From positions 115,405,942 through 115,469,941 of the forward strand of contig NC_090380.1 in NCBI RefSeq assembly GCF_036365525.1: 64,000 nt of DNA, written 5' to 3'. Under the pieces are notes generated by a model. It made no database searches. It saw only the letters and a list, made by a program, of their open reading frames with translations, and was not told the origin of the DNA. The stretch's first letter is position 1; each line of letters starts with the position of its first letter. Source of the stretch: Heterodontus francisci (taxonomy: Eukaryota). A program made the translations under genes and the position numbers. Of this stretch, positions 51,839 to 64,000 are shown piece by piece.

Positions 51839-52016
51839 ATGGGAGTCACGATGATGTACATGCAATTCTTTCCCTTATTTTATGAGGTGCAGATGTGCTG
51901 CGTAATTTTCAACACCTCGCCAATCCTCTCCGAAAAGCAGCTTGCACAGAGGCTGCGAGAAAAAGTATCTGTCGCTAAAAGCAGAGGCAACTCCGCAGCT
52001 CCTTACGACCGGACAG
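51839..52016 (+). CDS. Variable first exon 13, subtype B (MGVTMMYMQFFPLFYEVQMCCVIFNTSPILS...APYDRT-G)
   Basis: ATGs at 51839/51851, CC motif, donor AG|GTAAC. Confidence 0.72.
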
Positions 52017-52544
52017 GTAACTCTCGTGTCCTTGTGTGCTGCAGCTCATCGTTGTGTGGGATCCTATATCCCTCCTGTCTTGTCCTTCTGCTGAAGGAAA
52101 TGATGGATTGGGGCAGGGTTCCACAGCTACCAGCAACCCTTTGTTACCCTCAAATCCAATTTCCAGGTATACACTTGGACAGTTAACCTGCAATTCAGCC
52201 AAGGGGAGCATCACAGCTGAGCTCAACACTGTCTTCATCTGATGTCCAAACTTTACAGCAGGATTCAAAGGGTTAATGACCAGAAGCAGAAACTGTAGAA
52301 GATTTTTCTATGCCTGCATTTTGATAGGGAAACCAAGGTTAATGATAGCAGCTTTGCCCCCAGCTTACCTCATTACGTACATCAGGAACTAAACATCAGC
52401 CTTGCTTGTATTGTACAGTTGAGTATCACAGGAAGCAGTGCATCTACACATTGGGGGAGTCTGTGCTGGTGACATTTAGGGTTAAATCAGATCCTATCAA
52501 ATGTTGGTGATATTAATCTAATAGTTAAATGTTTGATATACACG

Positions 52545-52673
52545 GGCACCTGGCCTGTGAGCTGTAGCTCGCTGAATCACTGTCCACAGATTATAGACGG
52601 AGAGGGAGAAGCAGGAAACATTCTGGGAAAAGTTGTTCCTCAGTAAGATCAGTTTCAGTAAATAGGAACAAAC
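52545..52673 (+). promoter_or_regulatory. Cassette 14 promoter-like block (decayed)
   Basis: CACCTG and GTAAATAGGAACAAAC kept; EBF-like and CAGGTG motifs mutated. Confidence 0.45.
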
Positions 52674-52856
52674 TCTCTCACACACACACGAGCCAGTCTG
52701 ACAGAGAGTGGCAGAAACTCTCACTGAGAGAGAGGCAGGGTCAGCAACAGGCAGTGTGCTGCTGCCCGTGTCTGTGAGAGAGACTGTGGAGATCTGCCAC
52801 TGTCTTTTAGAAGGATGTTTGTGAGAGTTTCCACTGTGGGTTGAATGAGCTGAGCT

Positions 52857-53024
52857 ATGTTTGTGTTTGAAGCATTGATTCACACATTGTATGAAGTGCA
52901 TATGTGTTGTCAACTGTTTAACGCCCCTTTCAGTGATTCCCGATGATCAATTTGTGGTGAAGCGCGGAGAAAAAGAGTGTCTAATTCTGCGCTCACAGCA
53001 CAGTGCTACATTTTAACCAAACAG
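52857..53024 (+). pseudogene. Variable exon 14, subtype C, frameshifted
   Basis: MFVFEALIHTLYEVHMCCQLFNAP then +1 shift to TGA; donor AG|GTAAT. Confidence 0.7.
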
Positions 53025-53520
53025 GTAATTGTTCTGCTTTAACTCCTGTGTTCTGTGTTGTAACTGGGAGCTGTGCAGGTAATTCCGTATCCCTCAAAAT
53101 ATTTTGCCCTTATGACTGAAGCCACTGTCTTATAACTCCGTCCAGCTCTACAACCCACAGGATCTCTGCACTCCTCCATTTCAGGCCAATTGTATATCTG
53201 ACACTTCCTTCACCTTACTAATGGCGGGCGGCAACGCTTTCGCTACCTGGGTCCAAAACTCTGAAATGCCCTCCCTAAATCTCTCTGCCTCTCTACCTCT
53301 CTCATCCATTAGGACAAGTACCACTCGCACCACACAGGTGGCAGGCAGTGAGACAATCTAACCACCTCCCACTTACATGTAACTGCATGCCCCCATCATC
53401 AACATCCTGGTGGTTCCCATTGACAAGAAACATAACTGGACCAGTCACATAAATACTGTGGCCAGAAGAGTCAGGCCAGTTGCTGAGAATTCTGTGGCAA
53501 GTAACTCACTTCCTGACACC

Positions 53521-54779
53521 TATTATGATCCTGTTAGAGACCATTAACTTTTAAAAAGAGAAAGTTGAATTCCCAGTTATTACTGAAAGAATTCTCTTCT
53601 TCTTCTTTGGCCTCCTTATCTCGAGAGACAATGGGTAAGCGCCTGGAGGTGGTCAGTGGTGAAAGAATTACTCCACAAGATTTCACGTTTTAAACAAAAA
53701 CTTTAGGAGTTAAACAAAGCAAACCACGACTAACTTAACACTACAATTTGTAAACACTTATACTTTCAACTCAAATTCTTAACACAACATGAAGATGAAT
53801 ATTTTAAACTCTAAATCTCAACAGAACACCCTCACCTGATTGTTACTTCCACCCTGAGTCCCCTGTACTTTACAGGAACTTGATAGTTTCTTCACTTCTC
53901 TTGGGACCAATCCAAAGTGTATCACACCTCTTAAGTACTCACTTCGATTCCTTAGTTTCTCAGCTATCTTTTGAGATATGAGATTTCCTGGGGATTCTCC
54001 CTCTAACTTTGGCTAGGCAAATCCTCCAATTCACCTGCAACACCTCATGAATTTGGACTTCCCAGCTTGAGCATGGACCTACCTCAAAACAGAAACACTT
54101 TGTTTCTCAATGGCCTCTCTGCTCCTGAGTCTAACTGCTTTCAAAGTCAAAAGCTTTCCGAAGGCCAAGTGACTGACTGAATCAGCAAACACCCAAAAAA
54201 AACAGCTGGCCCAAAAAGGCATTTCCCTAGCAACATCTATCTCCAGAGCTTATAGTACATATGGGATGTCCCAGATAGCAATTTAAGCTAATTATTTCTA
54301 ACTCCAAATCTTCTCTTTGATTCCTGATGCACACATGAATAATTGATATTGTTAACAATGACAGAGCAATTTCTTCTAAAACTTTTGGTTGCAAATGCCC
54401 AACGACATGAGGCCACTTGCAGGTTTCTGGCTCTCACCTCTAACTCTGTCTCTGTAAGCACACATGGAGAAATTTTTGAACTTATACTTTCCCAGAACAA
54501 AGAGATTTAATGAATAATTTAAACCTCTGACAGATGTAGCTGCAGACACACCGTCTCCATCAACAAGTTAAGAGGGGTTCCCATTGTATAGAGTCTTTAC
54601 AATTCCCAATATGATCTTACTAAATAAACATCAGCCACCCTTTGATTTGTAACCGCCCTAGGTTTGTTTGCCACTTTCTCAAACCAGGTGTTTTTATTTG
54701 TATTAAAAAAAAATCAATTCCCAACTTAAAATGTACCTCCAGAAAATTAATACAAAGCATGAACCAGGTAGTCATAACA
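53521..54779. mobile_element. Probable solo LTR inserted into a LINE
   Basis: Termini TATTATGA...GTCATAACA (degenerate TGTTATGAC inverted repeat); 4-bp flanks CACC/CTCC; host LINE resumes exactly (CCTGAC|TCCCCAAAGCC). Confidence 0.6.
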
Positions 54780-55335
54780 CTCCCCAAAGCCTGTCCACCA
54801 TCTACAAGGCACAAGTCAGGAGTGTGATGGAATACTCTCCACTAACGTGGATGGGTGCAGCTCCAACAACACTCAAGAAGCTCGACACCATCCAGGACAA
54901 AGCAGCCTGCTTGATTGGCACCCCATCCACAAACATTCACTCCCTGCACCACCGACGCACAGTGGCAGCAGTGTGCACCATCTACAAGACGCACTGTAGC
55001 AATGCACCAAGGTTCCTTCAACAGCACCTCCCAAATCCATGACATCTACCACCGAGAAAAATAAGGGCAGCAGATGCAAGGGAATACCGCCACCTACAAG
55101 TTCCCCTGTAAGCCACACACCTTCCTGACTTGGAACGATATCGCTGTTCCTTCACTGTCGCTGGGTCAAAATCCTGGAACTCCCTCCCTAACAGCACTGT
55201 GGGTGTACCTACACCAGATGGACTGCAGCGGTTCAAGAAGGCGGTTCACCACCACCTTCTCAAGGGCATTTAGGGATGGGCAATAAATGCTGGCCTGGCC
55301 AGCGATGCTCACATCCCATGAGCATTAAAAAAAAA
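54780..55335 (+). mobile_element. CR1-clade LINE 3' part (5' part at ~53315-53520)
   Basis: YKAQVRSVMEYSPLTW...; A-rich end. Confidence 0.8.
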
Positions 55336-55554
55336 TTGTACCTTAAAAAACTACTTTTTGGACCGAGCTTTTGTTTACCTGTCCTAACCTCTCCTTCTGT
55401 GCCTCAGTGTCAAATTTTATTTGATGTCTTTCCTGTGAATTGCCATGGGATGTTTTACTATGTTGATGGTGCTACGTAAGTGCAAGTTGTTGTTGTACAT
55501 GATGGTTGCATGTTCTGACCAAGGTTACAAACATACATAAAAACGAAGGATCAT

Positions 55555-57435
55555 ACAAATTAGGAGCAGGAGTAGGCCACTCGGCCCCTCGAGCCTGCTC
55601 CGCCATTTAATAAGTTCATGGCTGAACTGATTACTCTACATTCCCGCCTACCCCCGATAACCTTTCTCCCCCTTGCTTATCAAGAATCTATCTACCTCTG
55701 CCTTAAAAATATTTAAAGACTCTGCTTCCAACGCCTTTTGAGGAAGAAAATTCCAAAGACTCACGACCCTCTGAGAGAAAAAATTTCTCCTCATCTCTGT
55801 CTTAAATGGGCGACCCCTTATTTTTAAACACTGACCCTTAGTTCTAGATTCTCCCACAAGAGGAAACATCCTTTCCACATCCACCCTGTTAAGATCCTTC
55901 AGGATCTTATATGCTTCAATCAAGTCGCCTTTTACTCTTATAAAGCCCAGCAAATACAAGCCTAGCCTGTCCAACCTTTCCTCATAACAGAACCCACCCA
56001 TCCCAGGTATCAGTCCAGTAAACCTTCTCTCAATTGCATTTACATCCTTCCTTAAATAAGGAGACCAATACTGTACACAGTACTCCAGATGTGGTCTCAC
56101 CAATACCCTGTATAACTGAAGCATAACCTCCCTACTTTTGTATTCAATTCCCCTTGCAATAAACTATAACTTACTATCAGCTTTCCTAATTACTTGCTGT
56201 ACCTGCATACTAACCTTGTGCGATTCATGCACTCGGACACCCAGATCTCTCTACATCTCAGAGCTCTGCAATCTCTCACCATTTAGATAATATGCTTCTT
56301 TTTTATTCTTCCTGCCAAAATGGACAATCTCACATTTTCCCACATTATACTCCATTTGCCAGATCTTTGTCACTCCCTTCTTTGGCCTCCTTGTCTCGAG
56401 AGACAATGGGTAAGCGCCTGAAGGTGGTCAGTAATCACTCCCTTAACCTATCTATATCCCTTTGTAGCCTCCTTATGTCCTCTTCATAACTTACTTTCCT
56501 ACCTATCTTTGTGTCATCAGCAAATTTAGCAACCATACTTTCAGTCCCTTCATCTAATAAGTCATTTATATAAATTGTAAAAAGTTGAGGCCCCAGCACT
56601 GATCCCTGTGGCACACCATTCGTTACACCTTGCCAACCAGAAAATGACCCATTTATGCCTACTCTCTGTTTCCTGTTAGCTAGCCAATCTTCTGTCCATG
56701 CCAATATGTTACCCACATACCACGAGCTTTTATTTTCCCCAATAACCTTTGATGTGGCACCTTATCAAATGCCCTCTGGAAATCCAAGTACAGTACATCC
56801 ACTGGTTCCCCTTTATCCACAGCACATGTTACTTCTTCAAAGAACTCCAATAAATTGGTTAAACATGTTTTCCCTTTCTCAAAATCATGTTGACTCTGCC
56901 TGATAACCTTGAATTTTTCTAAGTGCCCTGCAATAACATCTTTAATAATAGCTTCTAACATTTTCCCTGTGACAGATGTTAAACTAACTGGCTTGTAGTT
57001 TCCTGCTTTCCGTCTCCCTTTTTGAATAAAGGAGATACTTTCGCTATTTTCCAATCTAATGGAACCTTCCCCAAATTTAGGGAATTTTGGAAAATTAAAA
57101 CCAATGCATCAACTTTCCCACTAGCCACTTCTTTTAGGACCCTAAGATGAAATCCATTAGAACCAGGGGACTTGTCAGCCTGCAGCTCCAACAATTTGCT
57201 CAGTACCACTTGCCTGGTGATTGTAATTTTCATGAGTTCCTCCCTCCCTTCCATTTCTTGACTTACAGCTAATTCTGGGATGTTACTTGTATCTTCTATG
57301 GTGAAGACTGATGTACAATATTTGTTCAATTCATCTGCCATCTCCTTATTTTCCCTTATCAATTCTCTAGACTCGCTTTGAATAGGACCAACACTCAGTT
57401 TGTTAACTCTTTTCTTTTTTAAATATCTATCGAAA
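55555..57435 (-). mobile_element. CR1 LINE, 5'-truncated, degenerate
   Basis: [28 protein letters not shown]. Confidence 0.9.
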
Positions 57436-58289
57436 CTATGTGGAACTATCTGGTGACTTTTGAGAAGATTACGCGGAGATCTGAGGGAAGTGTTTAAAAC
57501 TATGAAGCAGTGGGAGAGAGTGATGATAGAATGAGGGTTGTAAATGTAGGAGACTCGGGACAGAGAGCAGGAGAAACAGAAGGTTGTGAAGCTGTGGATT
57601 TCACTGCTGGCGTTAGTGATTGAAGCAGAACCCATGGCCATATTTAAGAAAAGGTGAGAGGGGTGTGTGACAGAATGGGTAATATCGGGATATGGGATCA
57701 GGGTGGGAACATGGGATTAGGAATACTGCTCCTGTGGAGAGTAAACACCGACATGGATTTATTGGGCCAAACAGCCTTTTTTGTGTTGTGTAACGCGTGT
57801 GTGATTCTCTGAGAGTGAAATTTGTGTTTGTGAGTTTTATCCTTTGGTTTCAATGAACAAAAACAATTGTGAAATTTATAACGGGAATTCCATTCATTAA
57901 TAGGCACAGGTCATATTTTGAAAAAGAAGGAACTTGCATTTATATGGCGCCTGTCACAACCTTAGGACCCGCCAAATCGCCTTACAGCCAATGAATTACT
58001 TTCTGAATTTAGTCTCTGTTGTAATGTAGGGAAATGTGGCTGCCAGTTTGTGCACAGCAAGATCGCACAAACAGCATTGTGGTAAGTGACCAAAACATCT
58101 GCTTTAGTGAGGGATAAATTTTGCCAGGGCAGCAAGGACATTTTTTACATTCACCTGAGAGGGCTGACTGGGTCTCGGTTTAATGACTCATCCAAACTAA
58201 CCTATCGGGGGAGGTCTATCTGAAGCTGTAACTAATTTCCATGGAATATCAGCATTTTCAATCCAGCAGTTAAATGTTTACTATCCAGA

Positions 58290-58426
58290 GGCAGCTGGTA
58301 TGTGAGGTGAATCTCCCCTGGGTCAGTGATGACAGGTGTCAGAAGGATAGGGAACGGCAGGAATGTTCTGGGTGATGATTTCTTGATCTACAGACTCAGA
58401 GGCAGTTGCAGTAAACAAGAACAAAC
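58290..58426 (+). promoter_or_regulatory. Cassette 15 promoter-like block (subtype A)
   Basis: CAGCTG, TCCCCTGGG, CAGGTG, GTAAACAAGAACAAAC. Confidence 0.6.
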
Positions 58427-58594
58427 TGTCTCTCACACAAGTGAGCATCACAAGAATTACCCGGGACGTGCAGATTGGTTCTGTGTCAAGATGCTCGCTT
58501 GCTGTCCCTGTATTGAAGGATTTCAGAGAAGTTGTACCACTAATTGAGAAGACATTGTTAGAAGGCTTCCTCATTAGTGTGAAGGAGAGGAGCA

Positions 58595-58766
58595 ATGAGG
58601 CTTCTGGATTTGACACTCGGTTACTTATTCTCTGAGCTGCAGATATGCTGTCGCCTCTTCAATTCCAGTCCAATCCTTTCCAATGATCAACTTAGGCAGA
58701 GTGTCAGAAGCACCGTGCGTAAAGCAAAGACCGAGCCCGGAACAGAGCCTCCTTACGATGAGACAG
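58595..58766 (+). CDS. Variable first exon 15, subtype A (MRLLDLTLGYLFSELQICCRLFNSSPILS...EPPYDET-G)
   Basis: ATG, CC motif, donor AG|GTAAC. Confidence 0.72.
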
Positions 58767-59331
58767 GTAACTGTTGTGTCCTCGTGTGCTGTATCTCACT
58801 GTAATATTGAGATTCCATTTCCCTCTTATTTTATCCTTCTGCTGAAGGCAGTGATTGATGGAGGCAGTGTTCCACAGGTTCCAGCAGAAATCTGTTCCTG
58901 TCACAGACCCAATTTCCATCTCTGCACCTGGACAGTTAACTGGCTGTTGGACTAAGAGGTGTATCACAGCAGAGCTTAGTACTGACTTGTCCAATGTGCA
59001 AATTCTTGCACTTTCCAGCAGGGGTTTAAGGGTTAATGATCAGGAGCAGGAACTGTAGAAGATTTTGTGAAGTTTCCGTGTTGATCGATAAAGTGAGGTT
59101 CATGATAGCAATCCTGCTCTCACTTCCTCTCAGCAGCACAGATCAGGGACCAAGCCTCGGCCTTGCTTGTCTTGTATAGTTGAGAGTTACAGAGAGCAGT
59201 GCATCTACACACTGGACATAACTTGTTGCTGAGGTTTCAGGTTAAATTAGTTGAGTTTGTTTCAGATCTGTAATTAGTTCCTTTGAAATGCAAGTGATAT
59301 TAATCTAATAGTTAAAGGTTTGCTGTACCGA

Positions 59332-59460
59332 GGCACCTGGTCTGAAGTGAAGCTCCCCTGGGTCAGTGTCGACAGGTGAGAGAAGGATGGGGAGCGGCAG
59401 GAGGGGCTGTTGGTAAAGATATTCCCCAGTCAGTCCCAGTTTCAGTAAATAGGAACAAAC
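59332..59460 (+). promoter_or_regulatory. Cassette 16 promoter-like block
   Basis: Consensus block. Confidence 0.62.
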
Positions 59461-59628
59461 ACTCTCACACACACAAGCCAGTGTCACAGAGGATGGCAGA
59501 AACTCTCACTGATACAAGTAGTTTGTGGCTGTATGTGTCTCTGGTAACAGATTGTTGAAGACTCCCAGTGTTGTTTGGAAGGACTTTTGAGGATAGTTTC
59601 AAAGGCTGTGTGACCAGTGGGATCTGCA

Positions 59629-59794
59629 ATGCTGTACATGCAATTCTTTCACTTATTTTACGAGGTGCAGATGTGCTGCGTACTTTTCAAAACCTCTCCA
59701 ATCCTTTCACGTCAGCAGCTTGCACAGAGGCTGCGAGAGAAAGCATCTATCGCTAAAACTAGAGGCAGCTCCGCAGCTCCTTACGACCAGACAG
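59629..59794 (+). CDS. Variable first exon 16, subtype B (MLYMQFFHLFYEVQMCCVLFKTSPILS...APYDQT-G)
   Basis: ATG, CC motif, donor AG|GTAAC. Confidence 0.72.
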
Positions 59795-60356
59795 GTAACT
59801 CCTGTGTCCTTGTGTGCTGTAGCTCATCGTAATGTGGGATCCTATATCCCTCCTGTCTTGTCCTTCTGCCGAAGGCAGTGACCGATGGGGACAGGGTTTC
59901 ACAGGTGCCAGCAGACATCTGCTACCCTCAAATCTAATTTCCGGGTTTGCACGTAGACAGTTAACCTGCAATTCAATCAAGGGATGCATCACAGCTGAGC
60001 TCAACGCTGTCTTCATCTGATGCCCAAACTTTCGCTTGCGGTAGGATTTTAAGGGTCAATGATCAGGAACAGGAACTGTAGAAGATTTTCTTAAGCTTCC
60101 ATGTCGATAGAGAAACTGAGGTTAATGATAGCAATCCTGCTCCCACCTACCCTCATCAGCACAGATCAAGGACCAAGCCTTGGCCTTGCTTGGATTACAC
60201 AGTTGATTGTGACAGGGAGCAGTACGTCTACATATTAGGCATGACTTATTGGTGAAGTTTATGTTTAAAATATTTGAGTATTTGTTTCAAATCTGTAATC
60301 AGTTCCCCTAAAATGTTGGTGATATTAATCTAATAGTTAAAAGGTTACTGTACAGG

Positions 60357-60479
60357 GGCACCTGGTCTGTGAGGTGAAGCTCCCCTGGGTCAGTCTCTAC
60401 AGGTGAGAGAAGGATAGATGGAGGGCTCTGGGTAAAGATATTCCCCAGTCAGTCCCAGTTTCAGTAAATAGGAACAAAC
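60357..60479 (+). promoter_or_regulatory. Cassette 17 promoter-like block
   Basis: Consensus block. Confidence 0.6.
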
Positions 60480-60662
60480 TCTCTCACACACACAAGCCAG
60501 TGTCACAGTGAGTGGCAGAAACTCTCACTGAGAGAGACAGACAGGGTCAGTAACAGGCAATGGGCTGCTGCCTGTGTCTGTGAGAGAGACTGTGAAAATC
60601 TCCCACTGTTGTTTCGAAGGATGTTTCTGAGAGATTCCACTGCAGGGTGAATGAGCTGAGCC

Positions 60663-60813
60663 ATGTTTGTGTTTGAAGCAGTGATTCACACATTGTAGGA
60701 AGTGCATGTGTGTTGTAAACTGGTCAACGCCTCTTCAGTGATTCCTCACGACCAACTTGTGGGGAAGCACACAGAGACGGTGTCTGATTCTGAGCTATCC
60801 ACTAACCCAACAG
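60663..60813 (+). pseudogene. Variable exon 17, subtype C, premature TAG
   Basis: TAG at 60696 (codon 12); otherwise colinear with exon 9; donor AG|GTAAA. Confidence 0.7.
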
Positions 60814-60879
60814 GTAAATGTTGTGCTTTACCCCTGTGTTCCTGTTGAGGCTGAGAGCTGTGCATCCCTCAATTTCTTG

Positions 60880-61640
60880 CCCAAGTACCAGGCATTGACC
60901 ATCCCCAAGAAGAGAGAATCTAACTACCTCTCATTTACATTCAACAGCATTATCATTGCTGAATTCCTCACCATCAACATCCTCGTGGTTCCCATTGATG
61001 AAATACATAACTGGACCAGTAACGTAAATATTGTGGCTACAAGAGCAAGTCACAGGTTGGGAATTCTGTGGCGAGTAACTCACCTCCTGACTCCCCAATG
61101 CCTGTTCCCCATCTACAAGGCACAAGTCAGGAGTGTTTGGAATGCTCTCCACTTGGCTGGGTGAATGTGGCTCCAACAACACTCAAGAATTTTGATTCCT
61201 TCCTGGACAAAGCAGCACACTTGATTGGCACTCCTTAAACATACACTCCCTTTACTACTGCTGCACAGTGGCAGCAGTGTGTACCATCTACAAGATGCAC
61301 TGCAGCAACCCACCAAGGCTGCTTTTGACAGCACCTTCCAAACCCGCGACCTCTACCACCTAGAAGGACAAGGGCAGCAAATGCATGGGAACACCACCAC
61401 CTGCAAGTTCCCCTCCAAGTCACACACCATCCTGACTTGGAACTATATCGCCATTCGGTCATTGTCGCTGGATCAAAATCCTGGAACTTCTATCCTAACA
61501 GAACTGTGGGTGTACCTACCCCACATGGACTGCAGCGGTTCAAGAAGACAGCTCACCACCACCTTCTCAGAAGCAATTAGGGACGGGCAATAAATGCTGG
61601 CCCAGCCAGCACTGTCCAAATCGCATGAACAAATGAAAAA
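60880..61640 (+). mobile_element. CR1-clade LINE 3' fragment
   Basis: RLGILWRV, IYKAQVRSV. Confidence 0.8.
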
Positions 61641-63033
61641 AGATGCTCCTTAAAAACTGACTTATTGACCAAGCTTTTGTTCATCTGTCCTAACGTCGTC
61701 TTCTGTGGCTTCTTTGTTTGATATCTCTCCTGTGAATATCTTGCGATGTTTTATTACATTGAAGGTGTTATATAAGTGCAAGTTGTTGTTTTTGTTGCAC
61801 TGAGTGGTTGAATTTACTGACCAAGGATATGTGGAACTAACTGTGCTGGTGACCTATGAGAAGATTACAGGGTGATTTGAGGGAAGTGTTTAAAACTATG
61901 AAGCAATGGGCAAGAGTTTTTTCAGTGATGATAGAATGAGGGATGTAAATGTAAGAGACTCGGGACAGAGAGGAGGAGAAACTGTTTTACACAGAAGTCT
62001 GTGAAGCTGTGGATTTCACTGCTGGCGTTAGTGATTGAAGCAGAGTCCATGGCCACATTTAAGAAGAGGTTAGAGGGGTGTGTGACGGAATGGGGAATAT
62101 CGAGATATGAGATCAGGGTGAGAACCTGGGATTAGGAATACTGCTCCTGTGGTGAGTAAACACCGACATGGATTTGTGGGGCCGAATGTTGTAATCTGTG
62201 TGTGATTCTCTGTGAGTGAAATTTGTGTTTGAGAGTTTTATTCTTTGTTTTCAATGAACAAAAACAATCGTGAAATTTATAATGGGAATTCCGTTCATTA
62301 AATAGGCACAGGTCATAGTTTAAAAAAGAAGGAACTTTCATCACACCACAGCAGATGGTGAAATTTGAATTCAATTAATAAATCTAGAATTAAAAGCTAG
62401 TCTAATGATGGCCATGAAACCATTGTCGATTGTTGTAAAAACCCGTCTGGTTCACTAATGTCCTTTAGGGAAGGAAATCTGCTGTCCTTACCTGGTCTGG
62501 CCTACATGTGACTCCAGACCCACAGCAATGTGATTGTCTCTTAAAATTCCCTCTGAAATGGCCTAGCAAGCCGCTCAGTTATATCAGACTGTTACCCCCC
62601 AAGGACTGCAGTGGTTCAAGAAGGCAGGTCATCAGCACCTTCTCAAGGGCAATTAGGGATGCGCAATAAGTGCTGAAATGGCCAGTGACACTCACATCCC
62701 ATGAATATAAAAAAAGTTATATTGCACCTGTCAGGACATGCCAAATTGCTTTACAGCCAATGAAGTACTTTTTGAATTGTAGTCTCTGTAGGGAAATGCG
62801 GCTGCAAGTTTGTGCACAGCAAGATCCCACACGGCAATGTGGTAAATGACCAAAACATATGTTTTAGTGAAGGGACAGCACGGACATTTGGTTACATCCA
62901 CCTGAGAGGGCTAACCGGGACTCACCCGAACTAACCCACTATTTTGCATCGGGGGAGGTCTATCTAGAGCTGTAACTAATTTCCTTGGAATGTCAGAATT
63001 ATCAATCCAGCAATTAAATGTGTATTATCCTGA

Positions 63034-63172
63034 GGCAGCTGGTCTGTGAGGTGAATCTCCCCTGGGTCAGCGACGACAGGTGTGAGAAGGATAGGGAGCG
63101 TTAGAAGGATTCTGGCTGATGCTTTTCCCTGATCTACAGACTCAGAGGCAGTTGCAGTAAACAAGAACAAAC
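63034..63172 (+). promoter_or_regulatory. Cassette 18 promoter-like block (subtype A)
   Basis: Near identical to 42061-42199. Confidence 0.62.
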
Positions 63173-63353
63173 TCACTCTCTCTCACACAAGTGAGCATCA
63201 CAAGAATTAGCCAGGACATCCAGACTGGTTCTATATCAGGAGGCTCGCTTGCTGCCCCTGTATTAAAGGATTTCCAAGAAGTTGCATCATTGATTGGGAG
63301 GGCCATTTTGTTTTTTTTAGAAGTTTTCCAAATCAACCTGAACCGGAGGTACG

Positions 63354-63525
63354 ATGTTACTCCTGTACTTGCAGCTGGATTCCTTGTTCTTCGAACTGCA
63401 AATGTGTTGTTACCTCTTTGGCTCCACTCCGATCCTTTCCAATGATCAACTTAGGCAGAGTATCAGAAGCACCGTGCCTAAAGAGAAGTCTGAGCTCAGT
63501 ACAGAGCCTCCTTACGACCGGACAG
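63354..63525 (+). CDS. Variable first exon 18, subtype A (MLLLYLQLDSLFFELQMCCYLFGSTPILS...EPPYDRT-G)
   Basis: ATG, CC motif, donor AG|GTAAT. Confidence 0.72.
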
Positions 63526-63714
63526 GTAATAGTTGTGTCTTCGTGTGCTGTATCTCATTTCAATGTGGAATTCTATTTCCTTCCTGTTTTGTTCTTCTGC
63601 TGAAGGCAGTGACTGATGGGGGCAGGGTTCCATAAGTGCCAGCAACCCTCTGTTAACCAGAAACTTAGCCCGATATCAGCAGCAGACTTGGATCCATTAC
63701 TCTTGATCTCTTAG

Positions 63715-63940
63715 CCTCAGTCGCTAATATAGATTGTAAATAACTGAGGCCCCAGCCCCGATCCTTGCCACACTCCACTCGCTACAGCCTGACAACTTGA
63801 AAATGCCCCATTTATCCTGACTGTCTGCTTCCTGTCCATTAACCAATCCTCTATCCATGCTAATATATAATCCACAAATCTATGAGCCATTATTGTGCGT
63901 ATTAACCTTTTTCTGTGGCACCTTATCAAATGGAAATCCA
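63715..63940 (-). mobile_element. CR1 RT fragment
   Basis: WIEDWLMDRKQ...[14 protein letters not shown]. Confidence 0.8.
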
Positions 63941-64000
63941 GGCCTCAGCCATTTACATTCTATATTAATGGCTCAGACAAAGGGATGGAGAGTAATGTAT

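Overview
Eukaryotic DNA, most likely a cartilaginous fish (shark-type CR1/L2 LINEs, SINEs and GC-rich TIR elements; inferred from repeat content). Most long ORFs in the track are retroelement debris. The main signal is a + strand tandem array of 18 short coding cassettes (20.7-63.5 kb). Each cassette has a conserved ~120-140 bp promoter-like block (E-box, EBF-like TCCCCTGGG, CAGGT[G/A], TTCCCC, forkhead-like GTAAA[T/C]A), an ATG, and a 50-64 codon segment with the pattern [VL]xxCCxxFxxxP...basic patch...P[FY]D. All but one end in a phase-1 splice donor AG|GTAA. Fourteen cassettes are intact, three carry stops or frameshifts, and one is an internally deleted mini-exon. A divergent member lies at 1501-1572, and orphan or inverted promoter copies also occur. 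No constant exons are visible in the window. The layout resembles a protocadherin/UGT1-style 'variable first exon' cluster, but I cannot assign the peptides to a known gene.
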